Part shown: positions 1 to 9,227 of the stretch, piece after piece
Layout: every line of letters starts with the position of its first letter
Position numbering within the stretch: the stretch's first letter is position 1
Source: Candidatus Sericytochromatia bacterium
Lineage (GTDB): Bacteria > Cyanobacteriota > Sericytochromatia > S15B-MN24 > JAQBPE01
Reading direction: 5' to 3'
Assembly (NCBI GenBank): GCA_035285125.1
Contig: JAYKHR010000005.1
Coordinates: 1 to 18,848 of the forward strand
DNA length: 18,848 nucleotides
Made by a program: the position numbers and the translations under genes
Notes under the pieces: model-generated
Database searches by the model: none
The model's input: the letters and a program-made list of their open reading frames with translations, nothing else
Told to the model about the DNA's origin: nothing

Positions 1-1846
1 AGGCCAGCGTGACGGGGGCGGGGCGGGGGCCCCCGCTGGCGTGCCCCACGGCGACGGCCAGCAGCCCGAGCGCCAGGGCCGCCGCCGCCACGCCCGCCAG
101 GTCCCCGAGACCGGGCCGGGCCCTGGCACGGGGCGTTTGCCGCGCCCCTGCCCCGCCCGCAGGCGTGGGGTCGTAGGGCACCCAGCCGTGGCCGGGCAGC
201 CAAGCCTCGACCCACGCGTGGGCGTGGCGGCCACGCACCTCCCACAGGCCGGAGAAGGCGTTGTAGTCGCCCGGCGCGTACCCCGTCACGAGCCGCGTCG
301 GGATGCCGCGCAGGCGCCCTAGGACGGCGAGCGAGGTTGCGAAGTGCTGGCAGAAGCCGGCCCGGCCCTCGAACAGGAAGTGGTCGACGGTCTCCCGCCC
401 GGGGGGGGCGGGGGGCACGGAGAGGTCGTAGGGGTAGCCGCCGGACAGCCGGTCGCGCAGCTGCCCCATCACCATGGCGGGGTCCTCGCTGGTGCCGCCG
501 GCCTCCCGGGCGAAGCGCTTCACGCGGGCGGACACGGCCGGGCTGTCCGTCAGGGGGGCCAGCGCCGGTGGCGGACGCCAGCCTCGTAGCCCCCGTGCAG
601 AGAGCCGCTCGGGCACGGCCGGGGCCTCGGAGACAAGCGAGTAGTACATCCCGACCTGCAGCCGAACGGGCGACCGGAGGCTGTCTCCCGCGTCCCGCCA
701 CAAGAGGCTCGTGGGGAAGTAGAGTCGCGTCGGGGTCCAGGCGGCGAAGACCAGGTTCCCCTGGTCCTGTTCGATGTACACCGTCTGGACCAGCTCCGTG
801 CCGGCGGCCTGGCCCGGGGGGCGCCGCAGGCGAACGGGCGGGAGCGACGTGTCGAGCGGGGTGACGCGATCCGGCTCGCTCATCGACCAGCGCCGGCCGT
901 CGTAGCGGTCGTAGGCGAGGGCGCGGAGGTAGGGCGGGCGATCGGCCGCCACCCGGAGCACCACCTCGTTCGACGGGAACGCCCGCACGTCGAGGTCGAG
1001 CTGCTCGGCAAAGGCGTCGAAGCGACCCTGCTGGCGCGCGGTGCCGCCGGGGCCGCCGGCCCGGACGCGGGACGCCACGGCCTGTACGCGGGCGTCGAGG
1101 CCCGGGGGCAACGGCAGCCTGACGGAGCTGGGCAGGGCCGTGCCGTCGAGGCTCCTCGGCTGCCGCGGGGCGAGCAGGAAGACGGGCAGGGCCAGCAGCC
1201 CCCCGCCGACCATCAGGCCCAGGGCCACCTGCACGGCGCGCGTGGGCACGGCCGCCGCGGCGCCTGTCTCCGCCTCGTGCATCGCGAGCCCGACCCAGAG
1301 CCAGGTGGTCACGAACAGCGCCAGCACCCCGCCGAAGCCTGGCTCGCGGTTCAGCGAGGCCGTGACGGCCATGAGCACCACGCCGACCATCACGGCCACG
1401 CGGAGGTTGCGCCGTCGCGGGAGGTCGAAGCCGTTGAGCACCTGCAGCCACACCAGCAGCTGGGCGAGGGCCCGACGCGGATCCAGGCCGTCGCCCAGCA
1501 GGTTCGCCAGCGTGCCCCAGAGCGCCGCAATCATGCCCGCGGCGAGCAGGACCTTCAGGCCGAGGTTGCCGTGGCGGCGGCGCCAGTGGCTCCAGGCCGC
1601 CCCGGCCACCGCCGCTGCCGCATACGGCCACAGTGGGATCTCGGGCGCAACGGTCTGGAAGGCCCAGAGCGCGACGAGGGTGTTGACGAGCACGGCGAGG
1701 CGAACGCCGACACGATCCTCGGGGCTGTGGGAGGGATGCACCGCCCGTTGCCCTTGAAGCGGCCCCGCGATGCCGTCCCTGACCTCTGCTGCGGGCAGCC
1801 GCAGGAGGCGGTCCCGCCAGGCCGCCAGGGTCGCGCGGGCGGTCAC
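1..1846 (-). CDS. Membrane transglutaminase-like protein (DUF3488/TgpA-type N-terminal TM region plus transglutaminase core), 3'-truncated by the window edge
   Basis: Not in the ORF track because there is no stop inside the window. Hand translation from GTG at 1846 (GTGA overlap with the DUF58 stop) gives a hydrophobic N-terminus (LAQLLVWLQVLNGFDLPRRRNLRVAVMVGVVLMAV), then YLRALAYDRYDGRRW, then VDHFLFEGRAGFCQHFATSLAVLGRLRGIPTRLVTGY...HAHAWVEAWLPGHGWVPYDPTP. The Cys (350-352), His (218-220) and Asp (170-172) codons are all in frame with 1846. Confidence 0.93.
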   Translation of the reverse strand, partial: MTARATLAAWRDRLLRLPAAEVRDGIAGPLQGQRAVHPSHSPEDRVGVRLAVLVNTLVALWAFQTVAPEIPLWPYAAAAVAGAAWSHWRRRHGNLGLKVLLAAGMIAALWGTLANLLGDGLDPRRALAQLLVWLQVLNGFDLPRRRNLRVAVMVGVVLMAVTASLNREPGFGGVLALFVTTWLWVGLAMHEAETGAAAAVPTRAVQVALGLMVGGGLLALPVFLLAPRQPRSLDGTALPSSVRLPLPPGLDARVQAVASRVRAGGPGGTARQQGRFDAFAEQLDLDVRAFPSNEVVLRVAADRPPYLRALAYDRYDGRRWSMSEPDRVTPLDTSLPPVRLRRPPGQAAGTELVQTVYIEQDQGNLVFAAWTPTRLYFPTSLLWRDAGDSLRSPVRLQVGMYYSLVSEAPAVPERLSARGLRGWRPPPALAPLTDSPAVSARVKRFAREAGGTSEDPAMVMGQLRDRLSGGYPYDLSVPPAPPGRETVDHFLFEGRAGFCQHFATSLAVLGRLRGIPTRLVTGYAPGDYNAFSGLWEVRGRHAHAWVEAWLPGHGWVPYDPTPAGGAGARQTPRARARPGLGDLAGVAAAALALGLLAVAVGHASGGPRPAPVTLA

Positions 1847-2958
1847 CGGGGGCCTCCGGCCGTCAGCGTGGTCGCAATGTCCCGCCCCACGGGGCAGCAG
1901 GCGGTGGCGCCAGCGCTGTCGATCTCGTCGGCAGCCGGGCACCAGACCAGCGCCGCGGCCCAGCTCCCCCAGCCGGGCAGGCGCGAGGGCGAGAGCGCGA
2001 GGGCGCCTGGCGGGCCGGTCGAGGCCTGGGCCTCCGCGCGGGCCTCCGCGCGGGCGAGCCAGCAGAGGGCCTCCTCCCGGCTCCCGCGGGCGTCGGGGAG
2101 ACCGACCTCCGGCTGGGTGGTCAGCCGGATGCCCCGCCCCTGGCGGGCGCACAGGTCGACCAGGGCCGCGGCCACCTCCAGCATGTGCTCCAGGGTCTCG
2201 GGGGTGTGCGCGTCGCGGCGCAGGTCGAGCCAGAGGACGACCTCGTCGCCGGCCTCCCGCTCGGTGTCACGGACGTGTAGCTTGCCCGTGCGGGCCACCG
2301 TCGGCCAGTGGAGGCCCCGGACCGTCTCGCCCGGCCGGTGCTCACGCACCCCGCGCAGCCAGGCCCCCACCTCGGGCGTCAGCCGGGCCACCGCGGCTTG
2401 CTCGGGCCCCAGCGCCTCGAGCCATGGGAGCTGCTCCACGTGGGGCGTCCGGGGGTAGACCAGCATCGTCTCCGGCGGCTGAAGAGGCCGCCAGAGCGCA
2501 ACAAGGCCGAGGGGCCAGCTGCTCTGGAGCAGCAGCCGGGGCAGGGGGTGTTCGCCCCGATGCAGCGCCGGCACGCGCAGCACCCCCATCGCAGGCTTCC
2601 CAGGGGTGGGGTGCAGCGTGGCGTAGGACCACCCGGCTGGTATCAGCGCGTCGCGGGCCAGGCCCTCGTGCCACCGGGGCCAGCGCTCGGGCACCAGCAC
2701 CTCCAGCGAGCCCGCCGGGCCAGGGCGCTCCCGTCCCGCCACGAGCGGCAGCAGCAGCCAGCCGCCACGTTCGACCGGCTCTGGCGGCCTGGTCGAGAGG
2801 GCGACGCCGGCCAGGTTCCAGCGGGCAGCGCCCCAGGCGACCAGCAGGCCCCCGAACCCCACGCTGCCCATCACGAAGAGCCAGCCCGTCTGGGTCTGGT
2901 AGGCCGCCGCGAGCATCGCGACGCTGAGCACCAGCTGCACCCAAGCTTGCAGGGTCAC
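1843..2958 (-). CDS. DUF58 domain protein (MoxR-associated) with N-terminal TM segments
   Basis: AAAYQTQTGWLFVMG hydrophobic N-terminus, SSWPLGL, LVYPR and GVREHRPGETVRGLHWPTVARTGKLHVRDTE (DUF58 signature, canonical REYxPGDxxRxIHWxxxAR). It lies between moxR and the transglutaminase. Confidence 0.9.
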   Translation of the reverse strand: MTLQAWVQLVLSVAMLAAAYQTQTGWLFVMGSVGFGGLLVAWGAARWNLAGVALSTRPPEPVERGGWLLLPLVAGRERPGPAGSLEVLVPERWPRWHEGLARDALIPAGWSYATLHPTPGKPAMGVLRVPALHRGEHPLPRLLLQSSWPLGLVALWRPLQPPETMLVYPRTPHVEQLPWLEALGPEQAAVARLTPEVGAWLRGVREHRPGETVRGLHWPTVARTGKLHVRDTEREAGDEVVLWLDLRRDAHTPETLEHMLEVAAALVDLCARQGRGIRLTTQPEVGLPDARGSREEALCWLARAEARAEAQASTGPPGALALSPSRLPGWGSWAAALVWCPAADEIDSAGATACCPVGRDIATTLTAGGPR

Positions 2959-2971
2959 GGAAGGCCTCGGC

Positions 2972-3898
2972 TCAATCGGGCACGCCCACCTCGCGGAGCA
3001 GGGCCTCGACCCGCTCGCGCCGGGCGGCGCTGCCCTGACGGCCCGCCAGCACCAGCCGGTGGGCCAACACCGGGGCCGCGGCCAGGCGCACGTCGTCCGG
3101 CGTCGCGAAGGCGCGGCCGTCGAGCCAGGCCAGGGCCTGCGAGATCCGCTGCCACACGAGGCTGCCGCGCGGGCTGATGCCGAGCGCGGCCTGGCCGGGC
3201 TGGCGCGAGCGCGAGGCCACCTCGACGATCCAGCGTTGGAGGCTCGCCTCCAGCGTCACGCCGCGCACCGCGGCCTGCCACTCGAGGAGCCGCTCGGGCG
3301 TCAGGAGCGGGGCGGCCGTCGGGGGGTGGGGGGCCGCGGCGGCCTCCCGCTGAAGCAAGTGGAGCTCCTCGTCGGGCGTCGGGTAGCCCAGGTTCACGGC
3401 GACGGCGAACCGGTCGAGCTGCGCCTCCGGCAGGGGGAAGGTGCCATGGTGCTCCACCGGGTTCTGCGTGGCGATCACGAGGAACGGGCGGGGCAGGTGG
3501 TGCGTCACGCCCTCCAGCGTGACGTTGCCTTCCTCCATCGCCTCCAGCAGGCTGGCCTGGGTGCGGGGAGAGGCGCGGTTGACCTCGTCGACCAGCAGCA
3601 CGTGGGCGAACAGGGGGCCAGGCACGAAGCGAAACTCGCCGCTGCCAGGGTGAAACACGTTCACGCCCGTGACGTCGCCGGGGAGCAGGTCCGGCGAGCA
3701 CTGCACCCGCTTCCAGCCGCCGCCGAGCGCACCCGCCAGCGTCCGGGCGAGCAGGGTCTTGCCTACCCCGGGCACGTCCTCCAGCAGGACGTGGCCGCCT
3801 GCCAGCAGGGCAGCCACGACGAGGCGGATCGGCTCGGCCTTGCCGATGACGGCGTCGTTCAGGCGGGCGAGCAGGGCGTGGCAATCGGGCTGCGACAT
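2972..3898 (-). CDS. moxR: MoxR-family AAA+ ATPase
   Basis: GGHVLLEDVPGVGKT (Walker A), RVQCSPDLLPGDVTG, LLVDEVNRASPRTQASLLEAMEE (Walker B), ATQNPVEHHGTFPLPEAQLDRF, GISPRG and VLAHRL. A GAGGT Shine-Dalgarno lies just upstream of ATG 3898. Confidence 0.97.
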   Translation of the reverse strand: MSQPDCHALLARLNDAVIGKAEPIRLVVAALLAGGHVLLEDVPGVGKTLLARTLAGALGGGWKRVQCSPDLLPGDVTGVNVFHPGSGEFRFVPGPLFAHVLLVDEVNRASPRTQASLLEAMEEGNVTLEGVTHHLPRPFLVIATQNPVEHHGTFPLPEAQLDRFAVAVNLGYPTPDEELHLLQREAAAAPHPPTAAPLLTPERLLEWQAAVRGVTLEASLQRWIVEVASRSRQPGQAALGISPRGSLVWQRISQALAWLDGRAFATPDDVRLAAAPVLAHRLVLAGRQGSAARRERVEALLREVGVPD

Positions 3899-3958
3899 CG
3901 GGACCTCGGGGGGGGGCGGCAGGCGCCTGGGCCCATGTCATACCCACCCGGCGCGCGC

Positions 3959-6472
3959 CTACGGACCCTCCTCGGCCGCAGACGGGAGGTAGGGGGTGCC
4001 GACGAGGGCCTCCCGGGGCACTCGCTGCACCCTGCGCGATCGGGCGTCGAGGTAGGCGAGCTCCCCCGCCGCGCTGAAGGCAGGGGAGTGGGGCGCCGGG
4101 GGCGGCCCACCCGCGTCGAGGCCAGCGCCCTCGCCCACCACCACGGCCTCGGTGCGGGCCTTCGGATCGAACCGCAACACCCGACCGGCTCTTGGCGTCG
4201 CGTCGCCGGGCGTGTGGTACAGCGCGCCGTCCGGCCCGAGCTCCAGCCCGCGCAACGGGAACCTGGGGCGGGTGAACCGCCGCCCCCGCAACACCACCTG
4301 GGCACCCTCCCCCGGCCTGAACCGCGTGAGGCGTCCCTCTCCCAGCAGCCAGACGGTGCCCTCCGGCGAGACGGCGAGGTTGCACGTCGCGAGCGGCGGG
4401 GCCTCGGGCGTCTCGGGGGCCCCGGGGGCTTGCGCCAGCAGGGTGCGCACGCTGCCGTCCGGGGTGCGTTCCACCAGGCTCGCCCCGCCGATTCGGGGGC
4501 TGAGCACCAGGTGACACCGGCCCCCGACACCCGGCGCGAAGTCCACCACCTCGACGCCTGCGGGGGCGAGGTGCAGCAGCGAGCCCCGCCCATCGGCAGC
4601 CAGGCGACACAGCCCGACCCGGGTGGCCTCCGGGGCCTCGCCGGGCGCGAGGTAGGTCGCTTCCAGCCAGACGACGCCATCGGGGCCGGTGCGCAGCCTG
4701 CGAGGCCTGGCCAGGGCCCCCTCCCAGCTGCGGGCATCGCCCTCTGGCGGCACGGGGCGGGTGCCCCCCGAGGGCTCGAGGCGCATCAGGGCGCCGGTCT
4801 CCGCGTCGATCAGCCAGGTGCCGCCATCGGGCGCCGCTGCCAGGCCCTCCGGGGCGAACGGCGGAGGCTGCGGCGCGGCGCCTGCGGGCAGGGCACCGGC
4901 AACGCGCGTGAGCCCGCGCGCCTCGCCCAGTTGCACGACGCCGTGGAAGCCCAGCAACACGGGCCCCTCGGCGTCCGGGAGGAACACGCTCGTGGGCAAC
5001 GCGTCGACGCCGCCCACGGCCCGTGAGGCCTCACCCGAGGGGTGCCAGACACGGGCCTTGCCCGCCAGGAGGGTGACCAGTCGCCCCTGCTGGGTCACGC
5101 GGGCGGGCGGGCGCGCCTCTGGCGGCGGCTGCCACCGAGAGACGGCGCCGGTGGCGGGATCCACCAGCTGCAGCCGCAGCTCGGCCCCCGGTCCCGTGCG
5201 CTGGAAGCCCACCAGCACGCCACGCTGCGCCTCCAGCCCGACGCCGATGCCGTGGCAGGCCGAGGGGGCCGGCACCCAGGCGAGCCGGGTCAGGCGCCCG
5301 CCGGACGACAGGCGGGCCACCTCGACGCCGGAGGTGGCCGTCGTCGCCAGCAGCCAGGCCCCGCCAACCCGGCCCAGCAGTTCCGCTGAGCGGGGCACCC
5401 TGGGCTCCACCGTCGTCAGCGTGTCGTCTGCCTCCAGCCTCACCAGCCGCCCCCCGGCCAGGGCCGCCAGCCGGCCGTCCTGGTCGAGACAGAGGCCCCC
5501 GAGTCCGGCCACGTGGACCTCCCGCCCGGGGCGGCCCTCGGCCTCGGCCAGGGGGACCGTGCCGCCTCCGAGCACTGCCTGCAGGGCCCCTGCGCGGTCG
5601 ATGCGCCACACCCGATCAAGCGCCATGTACAGGCGCTGGTCTGCCCCCTGCAGCAGGTGGCTGGGGGCGCCGCCGAGCCAGGCCTGCAGGGCCGGGACGC
5701 CATCGGCGGGCTCCCGCAGGGCGGGGCGCGGCAGTGCCTGCTCGAGCTGGGCCAGCAAGGCCTCCAGCGCGGGGCTGCTGCGACGCAGCCGATCCAGCTC
5801 GGCCATCGTCGCGGCCGGGGTCAGCCGCAGCGTGGGGGCCGGAGCCGCCAGGGCCAGCGCCGCCCGGGCGGCCTCGCGCGTGGCGCCCTCCACCGGTGAG
5901 GGCAGCCGCTCGAACAGCCCCAGTCGGTCAGGCTGGTCGAGCAGCAGGCGGTCCAGGACATGGGTTGCCGTGAGCGTGGCCGCGAGGTCCAGCTTGAGGG
6001 GGCGATCGCGCGCGTCGCGCAGCGCGAGGGCGCGCATCACGCCGAGCCCGCCTGGCAGGGTAACTGCCACCACGAGGTGGCGGGCGGGCAGCGGCCCCCG
6101 GAACCGGAACTGGCCGCTGGCGTCCGTGGCCGTCACGCGCGGCGCCTCCGCCTCGTCGCGGACGGGTTCACCCGCCGCGTCGAGGAGCGCGACGCGCAGG
6201 CCGTCCAGCGGGGCCGCGCGGGGCGCCTCACCCGGCGCGAGTCCTGGCTGGTCGAGGCCGTCAGGCAGCAAGACCTGACCCGTCACCTCCCCCGCCGCGG
6301 GGGACGGTCGTCTCACGGAGGGCGCAGGGGCCGGGCTCGGCGACCCGGTCGGCGGGGTGGGCGACGGGAGCTGCTGCGGCGGCGACGCCGGCGCGGGTGG
6401 GCCTGCCCGACAGCCCGCGGCGACGCCAGCGGCCAGCAGCCAGGTCAGGGGGCGGCGGCAGCCTTCATTCAT
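3959..6472 (-). CDS. Putative lipoprotein B: Pro-rich linker, beta-sandwich (carboxypeptidase-regulatory-like) domain, helical segment, NHL-like beta-propeller(s)
   Basis: 837 aa ORF with signal peptide and lipobox-like WLLAAGVAAG-C, a Pro/Ser linker, a TDASGQFRF motif, and repeated xPDGxxW/Y blades (GLAAAPDGGTWLID, LAVSPEGTVWL, LELGPDGALY, PAFSAAGELAYLD). Its ATG overlaps the upstream stop by 8 nt. Confidence 0.8.
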   Translation of the reverse strand: MNEGCRRPLTWLLAAGVAAGCRAGPPAPASPPQQLPSPTPPTGSPSPAPAPSVRRPSPAAGEVTGQVLLPDGLDQPGLAPGEAPRAAPLDGLRVALLDAAGEPVRDEAEAPRVTATDASGQFRFRGPLPARHLVVAVTLPGGLGVMRALALRDARDRPLKLDLAATLTATHVLDRLLLDQPDRLGLFERLPSPVEGATREAARAALALAAPAPTLRLTPAATMAELDRLRRSSPALEALLAQLEQALPRPALREPADGVPALQAWLGGAPSHLLQGADQRLYMALDRVWRIDRAGALQAVLGGGTVPLAEAEGRPGREVHVAGLGGLCLDQDGRLAALAGGRLVRLEADDTLTTVEPRVPRSAELLGRVGGAWLLATTATSGVEVARLSSGGRLTRLAWVPAPSACHGIGVGLEAQRGVLVGFQRTGPGAELRLQLVDPATGAVSRWQPPPEARPPARVTQQGRLVTLLAGKARVWHPSGEASRAVGGVDALPTSVFLPDAEGPVLLGFHGVVQLGEARGLTRVAGALPAGAAPQPPPFAPEGLAAAPDGGTWLIDAETGALMRLEPSGGTRPVPPEGDARSWEGALARPRRLRTGPDGVVWLEATYLAPGEAPEATRVGLCRLAADGRGSLLHLAPAGVEVVDFAPGVGGRCHLVLSPRIGGASLVERTPDGSVRTLLAQAPGAPETPEAPPLATCNLAVSPEGTVWLLGEGRLTRFRPGEGAQVVLRGRRFTRPRFPLRGLELGPDGALYHTPGDATPRAGRVLRFDPKARTEAVVVGEGAGLDAGGPPPAPHSPAFSAAGELAYLDARSRRVQRVPREALVGTPYLPSAAEEGP

Positions 6473-9173
6473 CGCCGCCGTCGGCCGGGCCGTCGGTGCC
6501 TGCCGCGGACACCGGATTCCCAGCCAGCTTGTCCTTGGGGATGCGGCGGACCTGCTTCGAGCCCGCGTCGATGAACAGGAGCTCGCCAGACGGCGAGAAG
6601 GCGGGGCTGTGGGGATCGTCGAGCCTGTCGTCGACGGCGCTGCCCGTGAAGACCAGGCCGCGCGGGCCAGCGACGTGGGACTCCTGGCCCGTCACGGGGT
6701 CCCAGCGGCGCACCTCGTTCCAGGAGCCGTTGCCTGGGTCGCCCGGCGTGAAGTAGAGCGCCCCGTCGGGCCCCAGCGCCAGGGCCCCCCGGGTGAAGCC
6801 CTCGTTCTGCTCCTCGGGCCGGTGCAGGTGTTCTCCGCGGCGCAGCGTCTCCAGCCCGCTCCCGTTCCGCCACCGGGCGATCCTGCCCTTGCCGTAGAGC
6901 CAGACCGCGCCGCCCGGGGCGGGGGCGAGGTCGCAGTTGCGGAGGTCCGGCTCGTGGGTGTGGTACTGCGTCCCGCTGGGGAGGTCGTGTGGCACGAGGC
7001 TGGCCTCGAAGAGCACCCGCTCGGTGCCGTCCGCGGCCCGTTCGAGCAGGCGGTGGGGCTTGTCGTAGGCTGTCAGCAGCACGACCAGTGCCCCAGCTTC
7101 CCGCGGCGCAAAGGTCTCGATCCCGTAGCCGGCCGGGGGCGTGTACAGCAGCGTCGAGGTCCCGTCCTTGCGGACCTGGTGGACCCCCTGCTGGTCCTTG
7201 AGCCTCGCCAGCATCTGCACCGTGCCGTCCGGTCCAGGCCTCATGTTGGGGAACTTCAGCGCGTAGAGCTGCCCGTTGCGGAAGCTGGGGTCCGCGAGCG
7301 TCACCTCGTGGACCTGGTCCGCGGCATCGACCCGCAGCAGTTGCCCGCGCCGCCGGTCCGTCAACCACATCTCGCCGTCGTTGGCGACGGTCATGGTCAC
7401 GGGCTCGAACAGGGCCAGGTCGCGCGCATTCCCGCCCACGCCGGAAGCCCCCGTGAGGCCAGCCACGGGTGTGACGCCGCTGGCGGTGACGCGGACGATG
7501 CGCCCGCCCTCCTGCAGCAACGCGCTCTTGCCATCGCGGCTGAGGAGGCCCCCGCCGATGAAGCCTGACCACGTGTCGAACGCGAGGGGGGTCGAGCCCC
7601 CGAGGGGCCACACGCGCAGCCTGTTCTCCGGCTCTCCTGTCGTGTAGAGGACGTTGCCGCGCCCATCCACGTGCGGCTGGGCGGCGCCGGGGAGCGGGGG
7701 CCGCCAGGTCTCAGTGGCGCCGGTATCTGGATCGATCCAGAGGTACTCGGAGGGCAGGCCGTGGCCCCAGAACGTCGTCAACACCCCCCGGCCGGGCACG
7801 TAGGTGAAGCCGCCCATGTGAAGGCCTTCCGGCACCTGCAGCGTGGCCACCTGCAAGGGCTCCTGGCCCGGTTGCCATCGCCACAGCGAGGCTTCCCTGT
7901 CCCAGGTGTAGCTGAGCTGCAGCAGGTAGTCCTGCGCGCGTGCCGCCAGCAGCCCACCACGCCACCACCTCGGGCGCTCCGTGGGCTTGCGAGGCCCCTC
8001 CGGCACAACGCCCTGGAGGCGCAGCGTGCCGTCGGCTTCCAGGCGTAGCATGTGCCTGTCGACCATCACGACCAGGCGGTCAGTGGGGTCGAAGCCCCAG
8101 CCCTGCAGGCCCTCCAGCGACAGGGCGTCGGCCTTCTGGCCGTCCGCGGCCGCTGCCTCGAGGGTGCCGCCGCCGATGGCCGTGACCAGGATGCCGTCGG
8201 GGCGCACCCGCCAGAGCTTCTTCTCGAGGAAGTAGACGGAGCCATCCGGCCCCTCCGCCAGGCCATCGAACGACTCGAAGCTCACGGTCGTGGCCGGCCT
8301 GCCCTCCCCCAGGTTGCTCAGGCCGGCCGCGATCAGCAGGCGCCTCACCTTCTCCATCTGCTGGTCGAAGGCGTCGACGCCCTGCCGCAGCGACTCCGCG
8401 GACGCCACCACTGACGTCTCGTCGAGCGTGGCCGGCACCTGGGCCTGGGTCCGGGTGAAGGCGCTCTCGGCGAGCAGCCGCGTCTCCTGCGCCACCTCGC
8501 CAGGCAGGCGGTCCAGGGTTTGCTGGCGGTCAGCCTGAGAGGCGACGAACTTGCTGACGATGTAGGCCGTCGTGAGGGTGCTGAACAGGTCCGCGTCGAG
8601 GGCGGCCGTCCGGGCATCCTTGGTGGCCACCGCCAGGATCGCGCCCCGGCCGCCTGCCAGGGGGGCCGTGACGATCAGGTTGCGGTCGGGCAGCAAGGCC
8701 TGGAAGGCGAAGGCCCCGCTGGCGTCCGTGCGGGCGGTGATGGGCGTGCCAGCTTCGTCCAGGACGGGGTTGCCTGCGGCGTCCCGCAGCTCGACGAGGG
8801 CGTCCCTGAGGGCCACCTGGGCCACCGTCGCAGTCTGCGTCAGCCTGTAGGCCCCCTGGTTGGCCACGATGGCGCCCCCCTGGTCGGACACGAGGGCCCC
8901 GCCCTGGTCCGAGACCAGGCTCGCGGGGGCGCGGAGCGTGCCGAACAGGGTGGCGCCGTTGTTGGCAACGAGGCCAGCGCCCTGGCCGGGGGCCAACGTC
9001 GTCCCCAGGTCGCCCGTCGTCGCTGCCTCCGGGAGGGGGAGGCCCTGGACGGGCCCTGCCTTGGCGGGCGTCCGTGCCGCCCGTGCCGGCGCTGCGGGTG
9101 GGGGCAACGTCCCCTGACACCCGAGCAACAGCGCCAGCCCGGCCCCCAACACCCATCTGCTTACTGAACGCAC
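6465..9173 (-). CDS. Putative lipoprotein A, paralog of the downstream gene, with octapeptide repeats and NHL-like beta-propeller(s)
   Basis: The ORF track starts at 9221, but GTG at 9173 has GGAGG 7 nt upstream (9181-9185) and gives a clean signal peptide MRSVSRWVLGAGLALLLG-C (lipobox LLGC), 902 aa. Motifs include TDASGAFAF, GLAEGPDGSVYF, MTVANDGEMWLTD, LALGPDGALYF and PAFSPSGELLFID. Confidence 0.82.
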   Translation of the reverse strand: MRSVSRWVLGAGLALLLGCQGTLPPPAAPARAARTPAKAGPVQGLPLPEAATTGDLGTTLAPGQGAGLVANNGATLFGTLRAPASLVSDQGGALVSDQGGAIVANQGAYRLTQTATVAQVALRDALVELRDAAGNPVLDEAGTPITARTDASGAFAFQALLPDRNLIVTAPLAGGRGAILAVATKDARTAALDADLFSTLTTAYIVSKFVASQADRQQTLDRLPGEVAQETRLLAESAFTRTQAQVPATLDETSVVASAESLRQGVDAFDQQMEKVRRLLIAAGLSNLGEGRPATTVSFESFDGLAEGPDGSVYFLEKKLWRVRPDGILVTAIGGGTLEAAAADGQKADALSLEGLQGWGFDPTDRLVVMVDRHMLRLEADGTLRLQGVVPEGPRKPTERPRWWRGGLLAARAQDYLLQLSYTWDREASLWRWQPGQEPLQVATLQVPEGLHMGGFTYVPGRGVLTTFWGHGLPSEYLWIDPDTGATETWRPPLPGAAQPHVDGRGNVLYTTGEPENRLRVWPLGGSTPLAFDTWSGFIGGGLLSRDGKSALLQEGGRIVRVTASGVTPVAGLTGASGVGGNARDLALFEPVTMTVANDGEMWLTDRRRGQLLRVDAADQVHEVTLADPSFRNGQLYALKFPNMRPGPDGTVQMLARLKDQQGVHQVRKDGTSTLLYTPPAGYGIETFAPREAGALVVLLTAYDKPHRLLERAADGTERVLFEASLVPHDLPSGTQYHTHEPDLRNCDLAPAPGGAVWLYGKGRIARWRNGSGLETLRRGEHLHRPEEQNEGFTRGALALGPDGALYFTPGDPGNGSWNEVRRWDPVTGQESHVAGPRGLVFTGSAVDDRLDDPHSPAFSPSGELLFIDAGSKQVRRIPKDKLAGNPVSAAGTDGPADGGDE
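8847..8972 (-). repeat. In-frame 24-bp (octapeptide) repeat: LVANNGAT ... LVSDQGGA LVSDQGGA IVANQGAY
   Basis: Three tandem 24-nt units at 8895-8918, 8871-8894 and 8847-8870, plus a detached unit at 8949-8972. The two LVSDQGGA units differ at synonymous positions. Confidence 0.85.
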
Positions 9174-9227
9174 CCCTCGACCTCCAAGACTCACCATGCC
9201 CGGGGGGCGGAAGTTCGACACCTCGCG

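Noticed and set aside
401..415. G homopolymer runs as a frameshift or phase-variation site in the transglutaminase gene
   Set aside because: The reading frame is continuous across them (YDLSVPPAPPGRETVDHF); they simply encode prolines.
8847..8918. 24-bp tandem repeats as a mini CRISPR array
   Set aside because: There are no spacers, the units are in frame within a CDS with synonymous variation, and no cas genes are present.
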